64,000 bases of DNA from Podospora anserina (lineage: Eukaryota). Shown piece by piece: positions 47,014 through 59,500 of the stretch; position 1 is the stretch's first letter, and each line of letters begins with the position of its first letter. The position numbers were made by a program, and so were the translations under genes. The stretch spans positions 2,232,001-2,296,000 of the forward strand of contig CM030337.1 of the NCBI GenBank assembly GCA_017654855.1. The letters are read 5' to 3'. The notes beneath the pieces are model-generated. The model searched no databases. It had not been told where the DNA came from and saw nothing but the letters and a program-made list of their open reading frames with translations.

Positions 47014-50000
47014 CCCGAGCAATGCATCTACGACCACGCAAGGTGGCTTTCTACCCGAATATTTTGACGACGAGGTGCAACCCGCAGATGGGGGCGCATC
47101 GTCGATTTCCTTTTTTCAGCAATAGTTCTTCCTTAAACTTAATGCACGCATATGGGACAACGGTAGGACATGATTTGGAGGCATCTCATCTTTCATTTGG
47201 TGGACTGGAGGAGTAATTGGATACCCATGGATTTGATTGGTTTGGACTTACACGGGCGTTTTTTGCTTGCAGCGGATAGACACATATAGACGTGACAGTG
47301 GTGCATCGATTATGATTACTCATCATGCATCATCGAATCTTGTATCACCTTCTGGAGGCCTCGTCTGATGTTTGAACAAGTATGGCTGCAAGTCTTTGGC
47401 TGGCCAGCCCTCGCCAGGCTCGATCACAGGCTGGTTTGACCTTCCAATCAGGGACACCCTTCCCCCAATCCCAACTCCCGACCGAGTGGCCATCGGGAAC
47501 AACATGAGGCGGCCCCGGCTCAGCTACCCGTGAGCCAAGGCCTTGCGCCTCGCAATATCTGGTCCCAACAGGACATAGCTTCAGCTCTCTGACAAAATCT
47601 GGATGCCTAGCGTTGTTCAACCATCTCGAAAATAAAAGAAGACTCCTTGATTCATGCGGATCTTGCTCGGCAAGGCGTACCGAGATCCGTCCGAAGCACT
47701 CCGGTCCTCTTTTTGTTTGCTTGCTTTAGGGTGAATCCATCACGAACGGGCTGCTTCATGGCTAAACAATGTTTCAACCAGCTTGTAGGAACAGCTGTGG
47801 CTGTGCAACCGGCCCCTTGACCATCGTCCGATAAATGGGCTCCCAAGAGGTAGGATTTAAGGTTCGTAGTGCTTATACCCCATACTGGTTCCCACATACT
47901 CAGCCGACCAAGCCAATAGACCCGGCTTGATTTGTTTCTTTGACGGGCGGTGGACCAAAAAAAACAAGCTTTTTTGTTTCTTTGTAGGGGCTGGGCTTGG
48001 TTTCTCTGTGGAATTCTTTCCCCATTCCCAAGCGATAAGAACCTTGCATGACCGCTTAAGTCCATTTTTGAAGTTTGAGCCAATGCCGGTGTGTGTTTCT
48101 GAAAGGCCTCGTGGCTTTGATGGCAAAAAGAGGGGGGAGGGAAGGTGATTTGTGGTTGTATTTTGCTTGTTGGTTCTGGCATCTCCAAGCCTCTCTGTAC
48201 TAATTTGCGCTGTGTAACCCGAGAAAAACTGGGTTTTCGTAAATGCTACTATCGTGATTGTAGACACGCGCGCGCATAGCCTTCTTGGACTTGTAGTACC
48301 CCCGCGACGGGAAAGATAGCGGTCCCTCCTTAATTCCGATATGTCACCGGCGTCCCCCCGCCCTAAAATAGGCGTATACTTCGTACCCCACACAGTTTGA
48401 GAACAACCTGAGGTACCAGCCCGGGTGACTCAGACATTTAATTCCAGGATCTCGAAATACAACTTTACCTTCTTTGACCGGTAAGTCACTCCCGTCATAT
48501 AAGCGCAAGTGTCATTGTCGTTGTTTTAATCAGATCCGATATGCAATCGGAGAGATATGGAGCGAATGCATCAGGGGTGGACTAGCCCTAGCCCCTCCAA
48601 GAGACCCTTACTGGATACATCCCCCAACCCCGTCCCCATTTCACGAAAAGCTGCTGCCTGGCCCGTCCGGGCGCAGGTACGGAGTCCACCAACATTATTC
48701 GGGATTTTTTTTTTATTTCCACTTTGGCGTTGTGCAGCGCCCCACGTTTTATTCCACAGGCTTGGTGGACACCACCATCAAGCTTTCGCGACTCAGTGAT
48801 GCAAGATTGCTACCCAATTTTCTGAATCAGTCACGACGGTAATATCGGAAGTAGGCAGATTTCATTTTGAGGGAGAGATAATACGCCTTTTCATGTTATC
48901 AATGATGTGATGGACACCAGGCAGCATTCCGCCTTGGCAATCATGAGAGAACCCCCGGTGGAGATTAACCATGCTGGGTAAGGTTACTCTTTGATATGGC
49001 CTGTGCGCTTGCATTCTTTTGAAACAAACTCCCGTGTGGCTTCGGAGTTTATTCTTGGTTGCCTCGTTAACGTTAGGTGCCTTCAACTTGAACAGTTCTT
49101 TTTGCTCCGCTGAATCGATATCACAGTTGGTTATGGACGCTTGGGCGGGATAGAGGGTTGGCACTTTCCTCTTCTGGTTGTTGCTCGTGAGTGAGTTTTA
49201 TTTCAGCTGAGGAAAAGGACACGAAGAACCTCGCGCTTCAAAGGTAAGGTTGAAGGGGCCTTGGCATGGTATACTAACTTCCGGAGTTGAGACGGGAATG
49301 AATATGTGCCTGGTCAGTACAGTAACACAGGCCCCGCGCAGGCGGGATGTAGCCTTGACAGCATATGTCGTGATCTGGCAAAGGGGGGATGGGGGTGGTT
49401 ACACGAGGACGGCGCGGAGGGACTCACGCTACGCCTGATCCGGGGGGTTACGTCTGACTCGGTGATACTGGGGGTACGTTTTATCAACTGGGGGGTTCGA
49501 TTGTGGTTCATATGTGCATAATGGTGGATGTGAAAGTGTGCCTGAAAGAAGGTGATGTCATGGGTTAGAAAACGAACAGTGTAACCGATGTAGCTGTCGG
49601 ATGGTTACGGGCCGAAGAGTTTATAAAAATGGAAAATGCTAGCTGACGTATGAGGTCCTACGTTCGTATCTCAGGCCGAGGTTCCGGGAACATGATTAGT
49701 GATGGCGTCCTTCAACGCCTTCAGCCATATCAGACTACCCGAGCCTCGTCCAACAAACATTGTCGCTTTCTGTTTTGTGTATCGTATTGACTATGAAAGG
49801 CAAAGCCAATCATATAGTGAAGTCGGTTTCACAGGAGTGTCTCGGCCCTAAGAGACTACAGATGTAGGCGGAAGTCCCGATAACATTACATCAAGATATC
49901 TGCGGGCTCCGGGATTCGGACATCACCAAGCTGCTTCATTATATCGTATGAGGCTTGACGCCAGACCCTGAGGCAAACCAACTGCATCCTATAGTCTGTT

Positions 50001-52260
50001 TCACCAGCCATTGAAGATTACTGATACAGATAATACCTCTACATTCGTCCGCCGAACTTCGGGTCTCGCCGAACAAACAGTGACCTTCCTAAGTTTGAGA
50101 AAGGCACAGCCAACATGAGCTTGAATCGTGTAGTCTAATCCAATCGGCGTAACCCGGCCCTAAGCACTTACGTATATAGAGGCTGGTATCTCATAGGCCA
50201 ATTAGTATGGAATGTTCTGTAACACAGGAAAGAACCATTGTGCCGCCGCCACAATCTTCTGTTGGAATAACAGATATTCCTCTGCCTCACACCGCACCAA
50301 CAGACAGCCACAACCTCCTACGCAGAATTCCAGGAACATTCCTCCGCGTTGCACAAACTTGAAGCCACCGCCAAGTAAAAGTCTCTGTGTAGCACGGGGT
50401 GTATTAGTTGCCCGTCTAGCTGGGTACCTTGGCTACAAATATCGTTGCCTGGCAGGAGTTGGAATCTGCGACAGCAATCGATAGCAAGGAAATTAAGTTG
50501 AGGAGCCAACACGAACACACAAGTCCAGGTAATGCGATAGCGAATTCTATCAAGTGCAACTTGCAGTCTGGGAGGAATTCGCTGCGAGAGCAACTCGGAT
50601 ACACGATCCTGGGGTAGCGCTTCCCACATGCAATGAGCTCTAAACCGGCCAAAGCTTTCATCCTGGAGAGGGCTGGAGAAGGGGTGGAATAGCGCAGTGG
50701 TCAAGCAGAGGGACGCCTTGAAACATCAGTTACCATGCACCAAACAGGTCACAAGCTCTTGATACTGATATTAACGAGATCTGGGGGTCAAGTCATTTTG
50801 GTGTTTTTATGGCTTAGTTTGATGGGTAATGTTGTTATCAAGTGTCAATGTGAGTGAGCTGTTAAGTTGTTCATGTTCTGTTTAATTTATAGTTCTTTTT
50901 CGCTTTCTTTCTTTGAGAGTAGGGCATTTATCAGCTCTGACCAGGTTGATATATAGACAAGTCTGGCTAAGTGCTACGCTGTATAATCAGCCTAATAAAA
51001 TCAGCTCCCCATTATCGTTAAATTAGTTAGCCCTAACCATGGGTACGGAGAAAACTTAGCAACTTGAAGAGATTTTTTAAGAGGTAGAGGAGAGAGCTGC
51101 TGAAGTATGTGTGTCGTTGAAGACTGTATTGCGAACAGAGAAATGCTGCTTCCGAGCCATAAAGATTACATCACATTGAAGCCAGACACATAACAATCCC
51201 TCTGTTAACAACGCCAATTTGAACTCAATAGAGTTGCCAAAGGATTCTCCCAATACTATCGGCCAAAAAAAATGAAGACAATCAAGCCAAAAACGCAGTC
51301 TGCTTTCACATCCACAGATGCTAGCACCAGGCCATCCACACAGCTGTCCCCCAAAAATACAACCCTTTACTAGGTTCGCTCCAAACAGCCAGCTGTTCTC
51401 ATGCCATAAATACACAAAATAACCAAAAAAAAAAAGAAAAAAGAGAAAAAAAAGGGAAAGGTCCCCGCCATGATGGCGCTCATCTCCTCCGTCTATCAAA
51501 GGCAGTCCCGTTGACTACCATTCCGCCTCCCGTTCGGCCATGGTAGAACTCGTCATGTTCAATTTAAGATACTCTTCCTTGGGAACCTCTCTGCTCTCTG
51601 GGCCCATTCCAGTTCGTCTTCAGCTCTTCTGAGTGCGGACTTGTTCCATGTGGCCAGCCTTTCCAACCTTGTGACTTCCCTTTTGAGATCGGACAATGTG
51701 GGGGGGTGAGTGAGTGTGGGCTTGTGTGGTTTGATGCGAGAGTGTGGATTCTTGGAAGATTTCGAGTGTTGGTGGAGGTGAGTTGGGAGTGTGTGCCTGC
51801 ATGTTCAACATGCTTCAAGAGGCCGAGGGAAGATATCTATTTGCAAGGGAAGGAATGTGCGGTTTGTGGCACGAGGGCATTTGGCAGGTTGAAATCAGCT
51901 GGGTGACTTGGAAGTTGTGTGAGCATGGAAAGCAGGAAAGTATAACTATGAAAGGGTCAGCCATCAGGGTTCCAGGTTACCTGCCCGGTCTTACTCAGGT
52001 TGCAAACAACAATACGGTTTCAGAATTCGAATATCTAGTACCGCCGTCCATTTTCTCTGACACTGTGCTATCTCGACAGGTCGCGGTGGCCTCCATCTTC
52101 ATACCAGACGGCCACCTTTAACTTGTGAGTCGCGACCCATATATCACTGCTCATTGACATCTGTGGGCTTGCAAAGGCGAACGTTGGCAGTTACCCAACC
52201 TTCCACATGGAAAGAATTCCGGCTTTTCTCGGCGTCTCGGTGTCATGTCCCCCGCCGGCA

Positions 52261-53901
52261 CTATTCGGCCACTTCCTCAAGATGTCGTTTCCAGAGCAAG
52301 TACGGTCGCCTTTTGCGCAAGTTGCTCCCGCCTGGGAATTCCACCCTTCCATCCTCCTTCACCAGTGCCGGAAGCTCATCGCCACACCCATAACATGAAA
52401 GCCCGCACCTGTTTGAAAATATCCTTTCAGAACCAGTGGCTGCAAATTTCCGAGACGAATTTGGTCCATTGACCTCACACTCCCAGCAATACACCTCAAT
52501 TTCATCCAATCGGTCAAAGCATTCCTCCATGACTTGGCGAAGATTGATAACCACAGGCTGGTGTGATTCTTCTTCGGAATCTTCCGTGTTCAACCATGGC
52601 GAAAGGGAGTCGCCACAGTCGTGACAGAATAAAGGACTTTCTCCAGGTGTCGAACTACATAACATGTCTTCAGCCAGATCTGGTATTATTAGCTTCCCAT
52701 CTTGGTCAGTGTGTTGCGGCTCGCACTTCCAGCAAAAGGCCAGATTATGAGTGTCCAAATCGCTCTTCAGCTCTTGTTCAATGAATCCCGTCACGTCCAC
52801 GGGGTACACCGAGTGTATTGCCTCGTCAAATTGATACTCGGCTGGAGATTGCGCGGTTCTCAATCTCTTGCGCCTGGCTGCTTCCGCTCTCGAATGTCTT
52901 TCCAATCCTGTCGACAATCCCAAGTCCAATTGCGGCGCTGATAAGGGAGAGCTGAAATCGAAATCGGCAGCCATTCCGGTACCAAAAGATATTGGCGGGG
53001 GAACAGGTGACCTTTCTTCCGGTGAAAGAATGGAATGAGACTCCTGTCGTGGCCTCTCCATTTTCATACTCTCGGCGAGTAACCCAAGTTCCCGGCTTTT
53101 CCTAGGGTGCCGGGAGAGGTATCGATGCTGCATGATCCTCCGCACCTTTCTGCTGAATACTGCCCACCAAAGAATAGTGAAGGGAAAGCCAGCAAGTACC
53201 GCGCCGAAATCCTGGGAGTACCCTACGCTGACACCAATTTCTCGTCGATACATGCGCGAAACAATCCACGGCGTTGGTGGCGGATCGAGAGAAGCCGTTT
53301 TGACTGTCTGGCAACTGGTCTGCTTGAAATTGCTCTGCAAAAATTGGATGTTAGAGGGTTTGCTTGGGATGAAAGTAAGTATCCGTGGCAATAAAAGGCT
53401 CACTGTCTGGCAGAACTCCAAGAACTCTTTCTTCGCCGTCCACTCAGCCAACCTTAAAGCCTTTCGGCTATCCTCCATCGCACAAATCGCCGTCCATAGT
53501 GCTACGCAGGTCACAGCAAAACCGGCCATTGCAGCCAGGATCCGACTGGATCTACCAACAATGCTCCCGCATCTTCCAAAGACAGATGCAGGTTTTAGAC
53601 TTCGGAAAAACGCGCTGAGAATTGCCACAAACTTGAAGGTATTCATGGAGTTTGCCAAACTCGCGAATGGGTTGGTTGAATGTGATTCTCTCAATTCCCT
53701 CTCCTTCGTAGGGCAAGAGAATGGTCCAGAATTCCTCGGCATTATCGTCGCTGCTGCATCAACATATGGACCAGGTGAAACAGGTCCTCCACTACCCATG
53801 GTTGAATGATCGTGATCGGCCATATCGACACCTGATGGATTCAGTTTGCCTAGGTAATTTACTGCTAAGATCATAAGATGGTACTTTTGAAGTCTCGACA
53901 C
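52261..53901 (-). CDS. TM/zinc-module family protein, paralogue 3 (apparently intact; start uncertain)
   Basis: Motif FAVTCVALWTAICAMEDSRKALRLAEWTAKKEFLEFCQT and in-frame 69-nt intron 53403-53335. A second hydrophobic segment LAGFPFTILWWAVF, a basic patch RRKRLR and two CWxCE...CxxCGD modules follow. Confidence 0.75.
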   Translation of the reverse strand: MSRLQKYHLMILAVNYLGKLNPSGVDMADHDHSTMGSGGPVSPGPYVDAAATIMPRNSGPFSCPTKERELRESHSTNPFASLANSMNTFKFVAILSAFFRSLKPASVFGRCGSIVGRSSRILAAMAGFAVTCVALWTAICAMEDSRKALRLAEWTAKKEFLEFCQTVSLLLPRILTFIPSKPSNIQFLQSNFKQTSCQTVKTASLDPPPTPWIVSRMYRREIGVSVGYSQDFGAVLAGFPFTILWWAVFSRKVRRIMQHRYLSRHPRKSRELGLLAESMKMERPRQESHSILSPEERSPVPPPISFGTGMAADFDFSSPLSAPQLDLGLSTGLERHSRAEAARRKRLRTAQSPAEYQFDEAIHSVYPVDVTGFIEQELKSDLDTHNLAFCWKCEPQHTDQDGKLIIPDLAEDMLCSSTPGESPLFCHDCGDSLSPWLNTEDSEEESHQPVVINLRQVMEECFDRLDEIEVYCWECEVNGPNSSRKFAATGSERIFSNRCGLSCYGCGDELPALVKEDGRVEFPGGSNLRKRRPYLLWKRHLEEVAE

Positions 53902-54197
53902 TTTGTTGAATGAGGGCGGGGGCCTCCATGTTCAGTGTGGCAGTGCATAAGCAGGTAAGGTAGCTCTGCATGTACCTTGAACAGCCCCCAAGCACTTCCC
54001 CCAAGCACTTTCAGCCTCGTCGCAAATGTGAGTTGGAACACATCGATCTCTATATCATCCGGTTTTGACTTTGAGTTAGAAATAATAAGCGAACTGGATA
54101 CATGAACCGAACCTCCCAGAAGTCAGAAACATAGCATGTATGGAAGGCCTTCCGCAGCTCGAGCGAGTGACCTTTTGGTCTTCGGTGCGGCCTAGAG

Positions 54198-54416
54198 ATG
54201 GCCAATCAGCAGGATATGGAAAGCCATTCAGATGTTTATTTTCCAGCTTACTGCGCTCCCTGTGATCTAAGAGGGTTCGATCGAGACAGAACGGTAATGG
54301 TCAACACCTCGGGCAGCGTTTCGTGTACGGGGAATCCTGTCTTTTGTCACTACTGCGGGACCATATTACACGGTGGACAAACGAGGAGGAAGAATCTGTC
54401 CGGAACTCGGAAATGA
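54198..54416 (+). CDS. Putative 72-aa stand-alone zinc-module protein
   Basis: ATG-initiated ORF with YCAPCD...PVFCHYCGTIL, resembling FCWKCE...PLFCHDCGDSL of the adjacent divergent gene. Confidence 0.35.
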   Translation: MANQQDMESHSDVYFPAYCAPCDLRGFDRDRTVMVNTSGSVSCTGNPVFCHYCGTILHGGQTRRKNLSGTRK

Positions 54417-54959
54417 CAAACGGAGTCAGGTTGCGCAAGAATTTGGATGCATCTCAGAGGACTTAGCGGGGGGTTAAAGACAGGTTGAGTCAACAGCAGG
54501 CCAGCATAGGGGGCGGAATCTCATGAACAGCATTCTAGTCAACATGATCTGGGGAGAATCTCAACCAAGTATATTTGGGAGCTGAAAAGTCGAAAAAAGA
54601 TGGAATTTGATGTCGCAGCCCGACCACTAGGTACCTACCGTATCTTGCATGGGCTTTGCGGGAACTTGCTTTTCTCAAACCACTGCAATTTCGGCGCACC
54701 ATCGACAACAATGTCTCGCGTGTGTTTGCACGGGAACAGCAGAGAGAAAGTCTGCTTTTCAGTGCCAAGCATTGATATATATAATCTGTATCTGGTACTA
54801 TCATGGTCAAGGCACTAGCCTCCACATCCTCCACCTCTCGCGTTGAGCTCGCGTCCTTTTTTGTTCTCCAAAAACACCTATCACCGCCTTTTCCATCGTC
54901 GTCAACACTCATTACAACTGGGTTTTGCCCCAACACCATGATGTCTCTCATCCATCAAT

Positions 54960-57423
54960 CAATGCCACAGAGCTGTCTTGCTTAAAAAAGACATCTTCAA
55001 TACATAACGGAGTATAAGCCCCACAGGCACCTTTGTCTCGAATCACCACAGCGCGCAGAATCCTCGCGAGCTGGACATACCGGAGGTCCAGTCCCTGGAG
55101 CTTCAAATCTTGAATCAAGCCTTGGGCCGTTGGTTGGCAACCGGGCAGATTTCCTGGCTTTTACCAGAAACTCGATCACGACTATGCAGAAGTTAACCTG
55201 TCACTCAAAGCCCTTGAACGAAGCGACCTTTGTCGAGTGCAGGCTCTTCTCACTGTCTCCAAGGATCTTCCCTTCGAGGTTTTTTTAGCACGTATCCGAC
55301 ATGAGCAGAGGGGCTCCAGTGACGCAGATTCTGAATTGGAAGAGATCAGCGATTATGGCGACGACCCCAATTGTCCGAGCAAATTCGAGACTCACAAACC
55401 AATCCCCATCAGAGGTCTCGCTGAGCAGAGTGATGTAGTTGACAAGCTGTACGATGTCGATGGTAATGAGGTTGTTGCCAACATCCCGGTTGAGGATGCC
55501 CGAATTTGTGGATCCCGATCCATTTGCCGGCGCCAAATGTACAGCTCGATACACTCGTGGCTCTGAGGATTGGGTAAGCTCCTCCGCCTTTGAAGAGATG
55601 GCTGGAGTTGATGCTAATACTCTTCTCGCACAGGCCCCTGTGGCAACCAACGAGTTCAAGGTTGCGGTATGACAACCTGGAAGCTTTATTCTCTGGTTGG
55701 GAATATTGTTGGGCGTTTAGGCTGATGACGGTCTAGGCCGTTGTCATCGTCCCTCACCCGCCTCTTCCGCCATATTTTATTCGTCTCAAATTCTGGAAAC
55801 CGCTATGGGCCATGAATTATAGCACGCGGTATTATGGTGACCATGTGGCAAAACGTTCTTTGCGATTGTGCCTACGCCCAAACGCACCCGAGTCAGCCTT
55901 GCATTCACTTAAGCAGCTCTGGGGAAGGGGCCGTGAGGTTGTCTGGGAACAGGAAGAGGCCATCAACAGCAAGAGATGATCCACCCGGGCGCTGGTGATG
56001 GATTTTGCGAAAGGCTCAGCATAGTTCAAAAAGGGTAAGTCATTTTGGGGAGAAGAGGATAACAACAACGCACCTTCTGTTGAGAGCAGTAAATCGAGCT
56101 GACATGGTGTTAGCCTTGATGCGTTTATCCACAAGCAGCCATCAATTCCCCACTAACTGTGGACGGTCTCAACTCTTGCCCCTTTCAGCACCAAGACTTC
56201 CACCCAGACGAGACCACTGTTTGACTGGGCGCAACGAACGATCATCGGTTGGTTCGAGTCTGGAAAGAGGGGGCAAGAATGGTCTCTTGATGAACTTCAG
56301 GGCGCCCCTTTAGCCGACGTTGGCCTCTATTATGCACCCATTCGAGGCACTAATGACTTTGTACCTTACCCCACCCCGTCCGGGTGCCTCTAACACCTGC
56401 TCGCAACTAATGCGCTCTCACGAAAGGGTTATCTCGCACCTCAAAATCGGAGTGGATCCTGGGCCAATCCTGGAGGCCAAAAACAAACTGGTCAAGTTCT
56501 GGGAATATGTAAACCCTGTGACTGTGACTGGCCGATTTCTACTCGAGTTTCTCTCTCGCCTCAGACAACACGGCAACAAAAGTCTCCACCCACCTTATGC
56601 CACGACTCGACTCTACCGAAGCATCGCAGCTTGGTTCCTCGCGTCGGGAAAGCTCAAGCACTTCGGCCAGTATTATCATTCGCGGGCCAGAACCACACCA
56701 CAGGAGGCAGATGATCTCTTCGATTTCTTCCAGGTTCTCGACCGCGAATTTCCCTCTCTCGTCTCACCTTGTTCGTCGAGGAACTCTCCAAGGCAGACCT
56801 TAATACGGGTGCCAGCTCCGAAGCCCACCGCTTCACTTGGATTCCCCTCCTCAATCACCTACTACCTACCCTTTGCCGCCGCCAAAATGGCTTCTTCCAA
56901 AGAGAATCCAAGCCTGGAGCATCGGCTCTGGCCGGCAATCTACAAGACACGCATCTCAGCTTATGTAGCTGACTTCCTCGGTGAGCGACCTAGCCGGCGT
57001 TCTCTCAAACGAAAGGGTCTCTACCGCGTTTGTATACTATGCGCCCCGGTGAGAAGGTTTTTGGAGGACGAGAAGAAACAGGTGTCTAGTGTGAGGGTCC
57101 TGAGCAAGGACATGAGGGCGCATTTGCATGACAAGATTGATGATGTGGCGCTTGGGGAGGATCTGCAGCATGTTACGAAGAAGCCGGAGAGGTTGGTGGT
57201 TGTGACGAAGACATTTAAGCTGGGTGACGGACATCTGAAGCGGTGGGTGGGGAAGGTGGAACAGGTCAGAGAGGTGATGAGGGGGTTTGATGCTCGGCTT
57301 CTTGAGGAGGTTGTTGGAGATGTTGATGTTTGGGGGGAGGTTGTTACGGGAGGTGGGGAGGTTGTTATCCCAGGGGGGGAGGGGGCTACGGAGAGGGTGG
57401 CGAAAAGGAGGAGACTTTATTGA
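54960..57423 (+). pseudogene. Decayed member of a fungal 2OG-Fe(II) oxygenase-associated family
   Basis: Fragments in shifting frames: SPTGTFVS, LNQALGRWL, KLDHDYAEVNLSLKALERSD..RVQAL, AVVIVP and C-terminal CILCAPVRRFL...RAHLH...LVVVTKT. Internal stops and frameshifts; family assignment from memory. Confidence 0.55.
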
Positions 57424-58570
57424 TTTTGGGTTCCAGAGAGGAAGGCAGGTTTCTTGGATAGGTGGATATGAAGATATTGTTGACTTTGAAATCAAGTCGA
57501 TAGCTGCGCGTCCGTCCATCTTGTTCCGAAAATAACAAGCGGCAAGAACTCAAGTTTCCGGCACCAGTCCGTTCTCTTTCCAACAGGCCCGTACTGGCTT
57601 TGCTCTGCGTGGGGCAGTTCGTGGCATTCATAGGGATTACGACCCCCGGGTTCATGATGGGAGGCATACATCTATACAGACTCGTGCCGCTACAGCTCCG
57701 GTACTCCTTCTACATACCCCCTTAATTTACAAAATTCTACTACAGTTCAAGCGGCGCAGAGAGCCAGAACAAACTACCGCCCCCCGTTGGGCATATCATT
57801 CGGAGCTGTATGTCTGGTAGACCTCTCTCAAAGGCTTTCCTCCCAGAACGACAAGCGCGTGTGGACTACGGGGTTCTGGATTCATTTACGAGCCGAAGCA
57901 CATATAAACAAGATGTCCCTCTGGTTTGCAACGTAAGCTCTACGCTGGTAGAGCCGTAGAGGCATTTTCGGGCTCTCTTTCAATGTCAATTTAGATCAGC
58001 GCTATAGCTAATGCGCCGTCAAGGCAAGTCAGAAGACTATATAATGCTTCTATACCGCGTGGCTATCATGAGTTGGAGATATCATTCGGGGAGAGTTGTG
58101 ATGCAAGTCATGAGGGGCATAATATGGTGCCTTGTACAGAACAGGAGGGTCGTTGTTACGCCCGTCCGATAAGTGGTAGTTCTATAAGATCGGTATGAAG
58201 AGCAAAAGGGCTTGGCAGGGTTTGGTAATAAAGAAGAATGTAATTTGTGCAATGTATTGTATAAAGACCTGCAATTTTAACGGACAGTTCTGGACCTCGC
58301 AGCGAAATATCAGGTGGTTGGCGGTGGCCGGAAATCTATTCGACTAGCGAGCATAGGAACTTGAATAGAGCCCTTCTTGTTTTGTGTGCAAAATGGCCTT
58401 TTCTAAAGCGTTCCTCACTATGGATTTAGCGGAAGAACTAAGGGTCAAGGGATGGCTGAAAGAGCTTGTGCCATTGAAGCTACTGATGCTTACTCACCTT
58501 CGAACAAACGCAGAGATATCAATCATATTTAAAATCATCGCTTGCCTTCCCTCCCGCAACTGATACCCCT

Positions 58571-59500
58571 TTATCGAGGAACCTGGTCAAGAAACCGGCC
58601 TATCACCCGTAGTATCCTCATCGCCATCTTTCGTTTTGATGTTCCTGGCACCACAGCCGCAAAGTCTCTGTATTCGATGTTATTCATCTTGAGATCTTCC
58701 TCATGCTCTTGCAGCATGCGGTTCCGTGAGTCAAAACTCTCCGTTTGAAAATCCCTAAAGGCTAGAGACTCGAGCCTTTGTGTCTCCCAAAAGTTTAATG
58801 GGGGAGATTCTGATGCTGAGGCTGCTGATTTCCATGGCGAAGTCGATGTTTGAGTGGGCTGAGGATTGCTGGCGGAGATGACACGCCGTATCGACTTGAT
58901 GGCTGCTTTGCCGTTTGCCGACATCCTGGTTCTGGCTATCAGCATGTTAGACAAACCACCCATGCTTGGGCATAGGCTAGTGGCTGTGACACACCTTGTA
59001 GCATTGAGATTATGTGTGCCCGATCGAGGACCGCTCGAGGTGATGCCAATGTCGGTGGTGGCTGATGGGTGGCCCTTTCCATCATCAAAAAAGCTTAAGC
59101 CGGCGCCCAGAGCAAAGATGGGACTAAAACTTCTTCGTGGCGGGTGGGTGAAATGAGATTGTTGAATTCGAGTTTTGGATGTTGCTTGTGGCTTCAACCT
59201 TCAGCGTGCAGCTTACTTAGAGGCATGAATGCTGCTCTGTTGGATCCCCTACCATTGTTGATGAGAAATGCCCCTGGGCCTACCACGTTTAGATTCGTTC
59301 AGCAACTTCATGAGGGTAGATTTTCTACAACCAGCCCTCCCGCTGATCCAGTAGACTCTTCCGGGGGTGTTCCACCACTCCACGAAGTAGGCCCAGGGAA
59401 CCGCGCCATCTTCAGGGCTCTCGTTGATTGTCCCCTCTTCCTCAGCTTTCATTTTCAGTTCAGAATATAGCTAAACTTCAAAGAAGCACACATATCTTTC
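58571..59500 (-). pseudogene. NACHT/STAND NTPase relic
   Basis: PWAYFVEWWNTPGRVYWISGRAGCRKSTLMKLL is a degenerate WIxGKAGSGKSTLMK P-loop. The ORF stops shortly after; the neighbouring fragment contains LESLAF. Confidence 0.55.

Noticed and set aside
51024-51038. Telomere-like CCCTAA/TTAG
   Set aside because: A single unit, not an array.
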